Assembly: GCF_003918875.1 (NCBI RefSeq)
Contig: NW_025767447.1
Location: 186,001 to 250,000 of the forward strand
Direction of reading: 5' to 3'
DNA: 64,000 nucleotides
From: Haliotis rubra
Lineage: Eukaryota
Position numbers and translations under genes: made by a program. Of this stretch, positions 39,501 through 53,400 are shown piece by piece (position 1 is the first letter of the stretch; each line of letters starts with the position of its first letter). The notes beneath the pieces are model-generated. The model made no database searches. It worked only from the letters and a program-made list of their open reading frames with translations, and had not been told where the DNA came from.

Positions 39501-42500
39501 TAGATTTTGAAACTCTAAAGGCTATTTAAATACACATAAAGAAACCTCTTTATTAATATTCAATGGATTTCTACCTTGGAATCTCAATGATGCTCTGATA
39601 ACCTTTCAAGAGGAACTGTAATAATAATAATGCAAGAGGAACTGTAATAATAATAATGCAAGAGGAACTGTAATAATAATAATGCACGAGGAACTGTGAT
39701 AATAATAATGCAAGAGGAACTGTAATAATAATAATGCAAGAGGAACTGTAATAATAATAATGCAAGAGGAACTGTGATAGTTATTGTCTGGGCAAAATGT
39801 TGCATCCCAACAAGTCTGGACAAGGACCATGTATCTGTGGATATTCCTTCAATATACCACCCAGTGCACTCACCGTCCATTGCTTGGTGTTTCATCATAG
39901 TCAATACGGGTGGCAAGAGTGAGATTGCCTGTATTCGCGTCCACACGAAATGCATTGCTACGTGTGTTTCCAGCTATTATCCTGTATGTGATAACACCAG
40001 ATGTGTCTTCATTATCACGTGCCTGGAAACAAATAACAGCTTACATACAGGACAACTCTTTGGCCTCATCAAGATTCAGATAAACCGAAACAACTATATA
40101 TTTCCATTAGTTTGGCTCCTTAGAAATATTATCACCTGAAGAAGTATTTGATCTATTTAGCAGGAAGAGTCTGTACATCTTACATCTGCACCATGTCAGT
40201 CTGCTGACAGGGTTAACATCTTAGGTCATATGAACAGGGCAACCAACTTCAGATCAGGAGTTCCATCAGAGGACAATTTTAATGCCACTACATTTACAGA
40301 AACAGAAATATATGAATTCTTGATTATTCAACCAGAGCAAAGCACTGCCAAGCCATTTTTCAAAAGAATGGTTGGCAGGTACATACAATCCTTATGTACA
40401 ACAATGTATGATCCATACGCTCCACTACTAGATGCCACACAGTGTTCAGCTCACATGTGAAATCTTGGGTCAGACTTTTTTAGCCGGACCGCCTCCGTGG
40501 TGTAGTGGTAAGAGCGTCTGCCCGGAGAGCGGAAGGTCGTGGGTTCGATCCCCGACCGCGTCATACCAAAAGACGTTAAAATATGGTACTTGTTTGTGCC
40601 TGCCTGGCGTTCGGCATTAATGGGTACAACAAGGACTGGTCGGCTCGGAGTCAGTATAATGTGTCTGAGTGGGGTATTCATGCTTCACTGCGGCTTGGTA
40701 TCTCAGTGGGCTAGCACTATAAAACCAGCTTCAGTCTGGGCTAGTACAAGCAGCTGCACATACACATACACATGCATGCACGTCGTCATATGAGCGAAAT
40801 ATTCTCAAGTACGACGTTAAACCCAATTTCACCTCACCTCACCATTTTTAGCCGAAACTATCAGCACATTTACCTTTACTACTACAGCTGGGCGGAGGAT
40901 GAGTGACGATTCCTGTGCATATGTCTGATAAACAGCTCTCTCTGGGACTGGAGCTTCATCGTTAATGTTTCCGACTGTGATGGTGAGGGTTCTTGAGGTC
41001 TCGCGAGCAGGGTTGCCACCATCTTTAGCATTAACAAGAATTTGAAACACCCTCTGTGTCTCATAGTCCAGTGGTTTGCTCAGACTCAGGGACCCTGTGG
41101 TTGGATCCATCAAGAACCTGTAATAGAAGTAACCACAAAGTTGGGCATGGGTTATATATCATGGTGTTGAATCTCTCAGTCAAAGATGAAACATCAAGTA
41201 TATTATAATCAGGGAAACAACTTGTTTAGTTGTTGCCAGCATTAATGCTTCAAAATTTTAGGGAGGGGCAGTGGGGTAGCCCAGTGGTTACAGCCTTCGC
41301 TCTTCATGCCGAAGACCTGGGTTCAATTCCCCGTTTGGGTACAATGTGTGAAGAAACATTTCTGGTGTCCCTTGCCATACTATTGCTGGAATATTGCTAA
41401 AAGCGTAGAAAACCTAATTTACTCACTCCCACAGATTGTGGGACAACAGATAGCTGTGTCACTATTACTAATGGTGGAATCACAAAAGCACATCAGAAAC
41501 CTATGATTGTGCATTTGTCAGCAGCAAACTTGTGGTAAACATCTTGACATGCATCTTGACTTCTGGCTTTCCTCCTGTATTAAATAATGAGGCTGACACC
41601 AGTGATACCCAGGTCAAGACATAAATTTGGTCAGATGAGCTCAGTTAGAGGAGCTAAAACTATACTTGATATATCACTGAAAAAAGTTGTATTTATACCT
41701 ATGTTGTGAGGGAGTTTAGTCTTACGCCACATTAAGCAATATTCCAGCAACATCACAGCGGGGGACACCTGAAATGGGCTTCACACACTGTACCAATGTG
41801 GGGAATCGAACCCTAGTCTTCGGCGTGATGAGTGAACGCTTTAACCACTAGGCTACCCCACCACCCCACTGAAGTTGTGAAGCCATTTTGACCATTAAGT
41901 TAAATTAAATCACTCTTACTGGTCGTTTCCAGTTCCTCGTAGAGTGTACGTGACATTTCCATTTTCACCTTCATCTCTGTCAATTGCCTAAAAGATACAA
42001 AAATTCAAACTGATTTATAATTCTGATAAATTCTGGTACATCTGTAAAAGAAGAGTGCATTGAATTTTACTTTAACCAAATCGATATGTGCAATAAAGAA
42101 CTTTTCAAATCATGATGTTAATTTGAAATGCTACAAAACTGACAACTGTTGATGTTTCTTACTGGTTGTACAAAGCTGGGAACCAGGGCAGGTGCCCAAG
42201 ACTATGGAAGCAATACCTGTATTGTAGCAATGGACTGTCCCACTGGTGCATTTTCAGGTAGAGAATAGTTATACTGAGAAGAAGTGAACTGTGGGGAGTT
42301 ATCGTTCAGATCCTGGAGGAAGATGTTCACAGTTGCTGTGCTGGTTTTGGGATTAGCATCGGACTCGCGAGCTTCAAGCTGATTTAAACAGAACAAATAC
42401 ATCAGGTTAATATTTATTCCACTGATTTTACGTACATGAAAACTACAATTACTCAGAGATAACTGAAAAACATCTAAGTTCAGGGAAACAGCAGAATTTC

Positions 42501-45500
42501 TGCCGACATTTCGCACTCACAACAACTCTCTGGAATCTCAGGCTTGGTGTGTCGTAATCAAGCAGTTTGGCATCGATGACAAGCAGGTTGACAGCAACAT
42601 TCCCAGACACTTCATTCTCTGGGAAGATCTTGAATGTGTTTCGTGACTGATTAACTATTACCACAGTGTACTTGGCATTGCTGGGCTGAAACAAACATAA
42701 ATAAATAAATACTAAGCTAGGAGTTATTCATCAAAAATAAGACTGAATTGAAATTTATCATATATACATTTCAGCAATCATATCAATAATACAAAAGCAC
42801 AACTTCACACAATTTCGCCTATATTATATATTGGGGCATATGCACTACCTTTAGCTTCCTATTGATGCAATCACACACTTACTATCCCGTACAACTTGCC
42901 TTAAATTGATACTCAAAACTTTAAGGCAAACAGCTTCCAAACAGAGAATACTTGCCATATATGGAATGTAAACAGATGCTCCGTACAATAAAACCTGTCA
43001 CACACAGTGTTGTCGGTGTTTGCTGAACAGGTTTCAATCACAAGTTGCGCGTACATTTTTGTCTATGATTGAGTTCTGCCTCCAAAGGAGTTGTAATCTA
43101 AATTATTACTCACCCGTTGAAGATATCACTTAAGAAATACACTTCGCTCTACCACCATATATAGTGTAATAAAACATACTTTTGCCTTGAACTATTATGG
43201 TTAAAGCAAGATGACGCTTGCGTCTGAGTGCTTTAACGTTATAATAGTTCAGGGCGAAAGAGTGTTTTATTACACTATACATGGTGGTAGGGCGAACTGT
43301 ATTTCTTTTCTAAGATGTCAAATTTAATACTTTCTAAGGATAATTACGATTAATTTAAGGCAGAAAACAAACGACGGTGTCTGTGACCTAAATTAAGAAT
43401 CCTCGCACAGGGCTAACTGGCGCGCTGTTCTATTGATGTGTCTGCCCCCTACGTTAAGACGAACGTTACCAGAACAAAAACAAATCATAACAGTTTGATG
43501 ACGGTTTACGGTCGGATTAAATATCTTCTCTGAATTATTTTAAATACATCTGGTATTAACATAAACCATATAGGGCAATATGAACGTTGCATTTCTACTA
43601 CCAACGTAAGTTTAGATCAGTACATCCAGAGGAAGTTGAGTAGTCAAGCGACATTCCCGCGATTGCATTGTGGGAATGTAAACATTGCGAACGTTACCGG
43701 GTCGCTGAAAACTGACGAACTCAGACATTTTAACCGTCGTAAAACATAAACGTAATGTTTCCACCAGTGATATTAGCTGGGTGAAGCAACAGCAAACCAA
43801 GAAACGGGATGCAACGGTGTAGTTTACTGTAGGAGGCCGTACGAGGCGATGACAACTGACATGCATCGTGACGTCGCTTTCATTGTGACGTAATGTAAAA
43901 TGGTTCGATTACGAGGGGGCACACTAGAATGGCGCAGTGACGGGATAACGTCATTCAATTGTTACGTCATCAAAAAACTATACCTTTATTGTCTGATAAT
44001 GTTTTTGTTTTTTTCGATTGTTCTAACCGCTAGGCATCTTAGAATGTTTAATAATTTAAAAATGTTATTACACATTGTGTAATAACTTCACGTGGTGCCG
44101 TATGATGTAAAACTGGTTTACAGTTATCACGTCACAATGCTAATACCTCTGTCACAATAATATTAGACCTTGCTTGACTTGTGAAAAGCTGAGAGTCATC
44201 ACACTTGTTGAATTCTTTGGAAAGAAGTACTTTTCTCGATATTATTTTGCTAATGTTGGGCGAATAATAAATAAAATACTAAACTATGACCCGTGTAATA
44301 CCATATTTATGAAACTCGTGAATGGTATTGGTATCTAACTCGCTTTCGCTCATTAGATACCAAACCACTCATTCGTTTCATAAATATGGTATTACACGGG
44401 GATATCATTTAGTATTCTCTGTTACTTAATTTTTTTCGAATAAATCATATGGTAGCTTCCCTGAGGTCTGATAGTTAGTATTATACAGAGAAATGCATTA
44501 TTCATTTTTAGAGAAGTGAGGTGTGAAATAGTGCCATTAAAAGTAAATGTATTCCAGTGATAACTCACATCATCCTTGTCTGTAACCTGTATGTCGAGGT
44601 CAGGGATCTGGAAGTTGCTCTGTGCGTTACTGTCTATCTCCGCAAGAGTGACATTGTACACTGATTGAGAGAATGAGGGAATGTTGTCATTTTCATCTAG
44701 GACGTCCACTTGAACAAAGGAGTCTTGCCTTGCATTTGTTTCTGTTCCATTGTCTAGTTCCACAGCCTACATGAAACACACAAAGTCGAGATTGATAGGG
44801 AGTATCATGCTTTTGGAAAGATAATATTACGACTAATTCTAAATGCTGGGCTGAGATATTAAAAGCATGTTAAATTATAAACCATCACTAAGAAGCTTTG
44901 ATAAATTATTAGTCCCAAGTGGATGAATGGTCTTGAGAATTGCTGAAATGAACATGTGCAAATATCAAGAAGTTGTCACACGTAATCATCCCTTCCTGGC
45001 AAAAAATAAAAAAATTACCTTTCATGAATTGGTAGGATGCATTATGTTCTCTTGTGAAAGAATCACATATATTCATAAACAAAGCCTAAACAAATATATG
45101 ATCTTTGTAGCAATAACTATGCATGATGTTATTTTTATGAAAATTCATTGCACTGAGTGATAATTGTTTTTAGGGTATGCAAAGGTTCTCCACTAGGATA
45201 TAAAATATTTTGTGTCATAAAGGTAAATTTAACAGATTATATTCAAAACAGAAATAGAAACTGTGGTACTCAATCAAGAGATCCAAATATTAACAAAGAT
45301 TGTAATAATTAGCATGACTAAACTAGAATATAGAAGCAATGTTTCAACATTGTATCACAATGGTCATCTTTATACAGTAGGGAACCCAAAATGATAACAA
45401 CAGTTTCTAAATATCTTTTAAGAATAATTCCTTTCATATATGAAATGACATTACAATGATCCAAAGAGATGTGAATACTGCCTGGTCTACCAACAGCTTC

Positions 45501-47412
45501 ACTGTTTGTTTAACCTGCTCACCTCAACTTCGAACCTGTATGTGCCAAGTAGGGTCTCTCGATCAATGGGTGCATTGACAATGACAGCAGCACGGTAGAT
45601 ACTGCTGTCATCAGGGTCCGGCAGTGATGGCCCGAGACGAAACAAGCCAAGAGTATCTGCAACACAAGACTCTCAATATCAACAACAAACCACCAGTATC
45701 CATAACACAGGATTCTCAATATCAACAACAAACCAACAGTATCTGCAACACAAGACTCTCAATATCAACAACAAACCAACAGTATCTGCAATACAATTTA
45801 AAATAATAACTATTGGTCATGTATTGATTTATTATCATGTTTTACAGATTAAAGATCGTATGCAGCAGAGAGGGTTCGGGTGATCCTGGCACAGTCAGGC
45901 TGGTAAGGCTCATCATCAGTTCAGGGCCCTTGCCCCCTCTACACGCAGCCCAGACAGCGAATGGGACTTCTCCCAGGAAACGCTGCCTAGTCGAACCCAC
46001 CAAGAACTTTCCGGAGAATATGAAGGCTCCCCAACAGTGCAGCCTTCTGCATTACCCAAAGTGTCAGAAGGGCTGTCCTCGCGGTGGAGAACCCGGGCAC
46101 TCTCCTGATCTGCGCCAAGAGATCAGGAGGTACCAAACCCAGGGCACCAAGAACAATGGGGAGCCTGACGACAGTGTACTTGGGATGCAAGCGAGACATT
46201 TCAAAGGCGAGGTCCGCATATTTATCATGCTTTTCCTTAATCTTGCCAATCACATTGGTGTCAAAAGGGACAGAAAATTCTATGATAAAAATAAATTCAT
46301 TGGCTTTATCAAAAAGGACAAGATCAGGTTTGTTGGCTGGATTTTTCTGAGGCTGTATATGGGCCTATTCCACATAAGTTTGAAAGCATCATTTTCCATG
46401 ACGCCCTGGACATGTTCAGGGTCGTACCATGGATGGACCTCGGAGTCAAAGCCACAGGCATGTCGGAGACGGTAGTAAAAGCAACGAGCCATGCCATCAT
46501 GTCGTTTATGATATGATGTTTGTGCCAAGGAAGGGCATCCACTGACAAGGTGTTGGACAGTCTCCATGAATTCATTGCAAAGTCGACATTTCATATTGAT
46601 ATTTTCTTTAAGAGTCACATTTAGGCGATTGCGAGTGGGAAGTGACTGGTCCTGAGCAGCAAAAAGGAAGCCCTCAGTTTCACATTTAAGACCAGCCGAC
46701 TTCATCCAGGCGAAGGAGTCGGTGGGATTGCTATTCTGTTCAACACACTGCATGTACACACGATGCAATGGCTTCTCAGAAAGCTTCTCCACAAAAGACC
46801 GACTCTGGGGAGACTTGGTGAAGGACTTCACCTGGTTTACTCCCATCACTGTACCGTCCAGCAGTACATCGCCATCAACAAAATCAACCTCAAATTTCAG
46901 ATTCTGTCCAACTACCTTGGCATGCTTAAAATAACTGTGGAATTCCTTGCTTTCATCATGAGTCTTCACATGCATCACCAGAGGATCATCTAATAAATAA
47001 ATATGTGCAAAAGTACACAATAAAATTCTATCATGAAGACCCTCCACATTAATCAAACCCCGACCTCCAGAATTGATTGGCATATATACACGGTTAAGAG
47101 AGGAACGAGGGTGGTGGGCTCTGTTATTAGACATGATCCTTCTGGTCAGACGGTCAAGACTCTGGATGTCTTGTTTTGTCCATTCAACTACTCCAAAGGA
47201 ATAGGAAAGGACTGGCACAGCAAATGTATTGGTGGCTTTGACCTTGTATCGAGCATTTAGCTCTGATGTCCAGATTTTCTTTAAGCGAGATTTATACTCG
47301 GCCCGAAGTTTGTCTTGAATCTGGGCATTCTGGAGCTTGTCTCGAACTTGCATTCCAAGATAGGTGTAGGCCTGATCTTCCACAAAATGCTCAATAACTC
47401 CTCCCCCTTGGG

Positions 47413-47444
<32 letters not shown>

Positions 47445-50400
47445 ATAGGATATTTATATAGCGCACATATCCACGCACTAGTGCATGCTCAAGGCGCTGG
47501 TATTTTTCCCCTCGCTCATAGGATGTCAATCTCAACGGCACATCGCATTATCAATCTCAACTCCCTGGGGAGTATACAACTCTTGCAGCCACTAGGCTCC
47601 TTTCACAGCTGGGTGGACTGGGACACATAGTCACAGTACTTTGTCCATGTTCACTGCACTTTGCTGTACCCGTAACTAGGTGTTTGCACGTATTCATGTG
47701 GCCACCATCTGGTCAAATACCAACGGATTCGTTGGTTCTTTTAAGTGCACAGGGCTGTGTACTGTACACTAGGGATTGTGACAACACTGAAAGAGTCTGC
47801 ACACAAAGTTGACACCAAGGTTTTTACACCCGGTCACAGGTGGGCTCGATCCCGACACCTCAACCTTGCTGGATCATTAGCCTTGAGCCCTAGCCAGCTG
47901 GCCCACCGCAGCCTGATTGTTCATTACCTCCCTCAGCAACATTAAACTATACGTAAAACAAGTACTTACCATTCTTTATCTTAATCTTCACTGGTCTGGA
48001 ACTACCCTGATCTCCATCACGGGCACCAATTTTCAGCTGTACAGATGTGTTCTGGAGAAACAACAATTAAGCCACATAGTATCCAATATATTCATATCCA
48101 TATATCAGTGGGTGTATCAGTGAGTGTGCCAATATACGCATGAGTTGGTGTGCCAGTGGATCTGATAGTGGGTGTATCAGTGGATCTGATAGTGGGTGTA
48201 TCAGTGGATCTGATAGTGGGTGTATCAGTGGATCTGATAGTGGGTGTATCAGTGGATCTGATAGTGGGTGTATGAGTGGGTCTGATAGTGGGTGTATCAG
48301 TGGATCTGATAGTGGGTGTATCAGTGGATCTGATAGTGGGTGTATCAGTGGATCTGATAGTGGGTGTATCAGTGGATCTGATAGTGGGTGTATCAGTGGG
48401 TCTGATAGTGTGTGTATCAGTGGGTCTGATAGTGTGTGTATCAGTGGGTCTGATAGTGTGTGTATCAGTGGATCTGATAGTGTGTGTATCAGTGAATCTG
48501 ATAGTGGGTGCGTCAGTGGGTGTATCAGTGGTTCTGATAGTGGGTGCATCAGTGGATCTGATAATGGGTGTATCAGAGGATCTGATAGTGGGTGTATCAG
48601 TGGATCTGATAGTGGGTGTATCAGTGGATCTGATAGTGGGTGTATCAGTGGATCTGATAGTGGGTGTATCAGTGGATCTTATAGTGGGTGTATCAGTGGG
48701 TGTGATAGTGGGTGCATCAGTGGATCTGATAATGGGTGTATCAGCGGATCTGATAGTGGGTGTATCAGTGGGTGTATCTGTGGATCTGATAGTGGGTGTA
48801 TCAGTGGTTCTGATAGTGGGTGTATCAGTGGGTCTGATAGTGGGTGTATCAGTGGATCTGATAATGGGTGTATCAGTGGATCTGATAGTGGGTGTATCAG
48901 TGGGTCTGATAGTGGGTGTATCAGTGGGTCTGATAGTGGGTGTATCAGTGGATCTGATAGTGGGTGTATCAGTGGGTGTATCAGTGGATCTGATAGTGGG
49001 TGTATCAGTGGGTCTGATAGTGGGTGTATCAGTGGATCTGATAGTGGGTGTATCAGTGGGTCTGATAGTGGGTGTATCAGTGGGTCTGATAGTGGGTGTA
49101 TCAGTGGATCTGATAGTGGGTGTATCAGTGGATCTGATATTGGGTGTATCAGTGGATCTGATAGTGGGTGTATCAGTGGATCTGATAGTGGGTGTATCAG
49201 TGGGTCTGATAGTGTGTGTATCAGTGGGTCTGATAGTGTGTGTATCAGTGGATTTGATAGTGGGTGTATCAGTGAATCTGATAGTGTGTGTATCAGGGTG
49301 GGTGTATCAGTGGATCTGATAGTGGGTGTATCAGTGGATCTTATAGTGGGTGTATCAGTGGGTGTGATAGTGGGTGCATCAGTGGATCTGATAATCGGTG
49401 TATCAGCGGATCTGATAGTGGGTGTATCAGTGGGTGTATCTGTGGATCTGATAGTGGGTGTATCAGTGGTTCTGATAGTGGGTGTATCAGTGGATCTGAT
49501 AGTGGGTGTATCAGTGGATCTGATAGTGGGTGTATCAGTGGATCTGATAGTGGGTGTATCAGTGGGTCTGATAGTGGGTGTATCAGTGGGTCTGATAGTG
49601 GGTGTATCAGTGGGTCTGATAGTGGGTGTATCAGTGGATCTGATAGTGGGTGTATCAGTGGATCTGATAGTGGGTGTATCAGTGGATCTGATAGTGGGTG
49701 TATCAGTGGGTCTGATAGTGGGTGTATCAGTGGGTCTGATAGTGTGTGTATCAGTGGATCTGATAGTGGGTGTATCAGTGAATCTGATAGTGGGTGCGTC
49801 AGTGGGTGTATCAGTGGGTCTGATAGTGGGTGCATCAGTGGATCTGAAAATGGGTGTATCAGTGGATCTGATAGTGGGTGTATCAGTGGATCTGATAGTG
49901 GCTGTATCAGTGAATCTGATAGTGGGTGCGTCAGTGGGTGTATCAGTGGGTCTGATAGTGGGTGCATCAGTGGATCTGATAATGGGTGTATCAGTGGATC
50001 TGATAGTGGGTGTATCAGTGGATCTGATAGTGGGTGTATCAGTGGATCTGATAGTGGGTGTATCAGTGGATCTGATAGTGGGTGTATCAGTGGGTGTGAT
50101 AGTGGGTGCATCAGTGGATCTGATAATGGGTATATCAGCGGATCTGATAGTGGGTGTATCAGTGAATCTGACAGTGGGTGTATCAGTGGGTGTATCTGTG
50201 GATCTGATAGTGGGTGTATCAGTGGGTCTGATAGTGGGTGTATCAGTGGGTGTGTCAGTGGATCTGATAGTGGGTGTATCAGTGGGTCTGATAGTGGGTG
50301 TATCAGTGGATCTGATAATGGGTGTATCAGTGGATCTGATAGTGGGTGTATCAGTGGGTCTGATAGTGGGTGTATCAGTGGGTGCATCACTGGATCTGAT

Positions 50401-53400
50401 AGTGGGTGTATCAGTGGATATGATAGTGGGTGTATCAGTGGATCTGATAGTGGGTGTATCAGTGGGTCTGATAGTGGGTGTATCAGTGGATCTGATAGTG
50501 GGTGTATCAGTGGATCTGATAGTGGGTGTATCAGTAGGTGCATCAGTGGATATGATAGTGGGTGTATCAGTGGGTCTGATAGTGGGTGTATCAGTGGATC
50601 TGATAGTGGGTGTATCAGTGGATCTGATAGTGGGTGTATCAGTGGGTCTGATAGTGGGTGTATCAGTGGATCTGATAGTGGGTGCATCAGGGAATCTGAT
50701 AGTGGGTGTATCAGTGAATCTGATAGTGGGTGTATCAGTGGGTGTATCAGTGGATCTAATAGAGGTTGTATCAGTGGGTGTATCAGTGAATCTGATATTG
50801 GGTGTATCAGTAGATGCGCCAGTGGATCTGATAGTGGGTGTATCAGTGGAAATCATAGTGGGTGTATCAGTGGGTATATCTGTGGATCTAATAGTGGGTG
50901 TGTCAGTGGGTGTATTAGTGGATTTTATAGTGGGTGAATTGATCAGTGAGTGTATCAGTGGGTGTTCCAAAGGATCTGATAGTGGGTGTGCCAGTGGATC
51001 TGATAGTGGATGTATCAGTGGGTGTATCAGTGGATCTGATAGTGGGTGTGTCAGTGAATCTGATAGTGGGTGTATCAGTGGGTCTGATAGTGGGTGTATC
51101 ACTGGATCTGATAGTGGGTGTATCAGTGGCTCTGACAGTGGGTGTATCAGTGGATCTGATAGTGGGTGTATCAGTGGATCTGATAGTGGCTGTATCAGTG
51201 AATCTGATAGTTGGTGCATCAGTGGGTGTATCAGTGGATCTGATAGTGGGTGTATCAGTGGGTGCATGAGTGGGTGTGCCAGTGGATCTGATAGTGGGTG
51301 TATCAGTGGGTGTGTCTGTGGATCTAATAGTGGGTGTATCAGTGGATCTGATAGTGGTGTGTATCAGTGAATCTGATAGTGGGTGCGTCAGTGGGTGTAT
51401 CAATGGATCTTATAGTGGGTGTATTAGTGGGTGTATCAGTGAGTGTATCAGTGGATCTTATAGAGGGTGTATCAGTGGGTGCATGAATGGGTGTGCCAGT
51501 GGATCTAATAGTGGGTGTGTAAGTGGGTGTGTCTGTGGATCTAATAGTGGGTGTATCAGTGGTTGTATCAGTGGGTGTATCGGTGGGTGTATCAGTGGGT
51601 GTATCAGTGGATCTCATAGTGGGTGTATCAGTGGATCTTATAGTGGGTGTATCAGTGGGTGCATGAGTGGGTGTGCCAGTGGATCTGATACTGGGTGTAT
51701 AAGTGGGTGTGTCTTTGGATCTAATAGTGGGTGTGTCAGTGGGTGTATCAGTGGATCTAATAGTGGGTGTGTCAGTGGGTGTATCAGTGGATCTGATAGT
51801 GGGTGTATCAGTGGGTGTATCAGTGGATTTTATAGTGGGTGTATCAGTGGTTGTATCAGTGGGTGTATCAATGGATATAATAGTGGGTGTATCAGTGGGT
51901 GTATCAGTGGATCTGATAGTGGGTGTATCAGTGGATGTGCCAGTGGATCTGATAGTGGGTGTATCAGTGGATCTCATAGTGGGTGTATCAGTGGGTATAT
52001 CTGTGGATCTAATAGTGGGTGTGTCAGTGGGTGTATCAGTGGATCTTATAGTGGGTGAATTGATCAGTGAGTGTATCAGTGGGTGTTCCAAAGGATCTGA
52101 TAGTGGATCTGATAGTGGGTGTGACAGTGGATCTGATAGTGGATGTATCAGTGGGTGTATCAGTGGCTCTGATAGTGGGTGTGTCAGTGAGTGTGTCTGT
52201 GGATCTAATAGTGGGTGTGTCAGTGGGTGTATCAGTGGATCTAATAGTGGGTGTGTCAGTGGGTGTATCAGTGGATCTTATAGTGGGTGTATCAGTGGTT
52301 GTATCAGTGGGTGTATCAGTGGATCTAATAGTGGGTGTATCAGTGGGTGTATCAGTGGATCTGATAGTGGGTGTATCAGTGGGTGTGTCTGTGGATCTAA
52401 TAGTGGGTGTGCCAGTGGGTGTATCAGTGGATCTGATAGTGGGTGTATCAGTGGATGTGCCAGTGGATCTGATAGTGGATGTATCAGTGGATCTCATAGT
52501 GGGTGTATCAGTGGGTATATCTGTGGATCTAATAGTAGGTGTGTCAGTGGGTGTATCAGTGGATCTTATAGAGGGTGAATTGATCAGTGAGTGTATCAGT
52601 GGGTGTTCCAAAGGATCTGATAGTGGGTGTGACAGTGGATCTGATAGTGGATGTATCAGTGGGTGTATCAGCGGCTCTGATAGTGGGTGTATCAGTGAGT
52701 GTGACTGTGGATCTAATAGTGGGTGTGTCAGTGGGTGTATCAGTGGATCTTATAGTGGGTGTATTGATTAGTGAGTGTATCAGTGGGTGTTCCAAAGGAT
52801 CTGATAGTGGGTGTGACAGTGGATCTGATAGTGGATGTATCAGTGGGTGTATCAGTGGATCTCATAGTGGGTGTATCAGTGGGTGTATCAATGGATATAA
52901 TAGTGGGTGTATCAGTGGGTGTATCAGTGGATCTGATAGTGGGTGTATCAGTTGATGTGCCAGTGGATCTGATAGTGGGTGTATCAGTGGATCTCATAGT
53001 GGGTGTATCAGTGGGTATATCTGTGGATCTAATAGTGGGTGTGTCAGTGGGTGTATCAGTGGATCTTATAGTGGGTGAATTGATCAGTGAGTGTATCAGT
53101 TGGTGTGCCAAAGGATCTGATAGTGGGTGTGACAGTGGATCTGATAGTGGATGTATCAGTGGGTGTATCAGTGGCTCTGATAGTGGGTGTGTCAGTGAGT
53201 GTGTCTGTGGATCTAACAGTGGGTGTGTCAGTGGGTGTATCAGTGGATCTGATAGTGGGTGTATTGATCAGTGAGTGTATCAGTGGGTGCATCAGTGGAT
53301 CTGATAGTGGGTGTGTCAGTGGGTGTTCCAAAGGATATTATGGTGGGTATATCAAAGGATCTGATGGTGGGTTATCAGTGGATCTGATAGTGGGTGTTCC

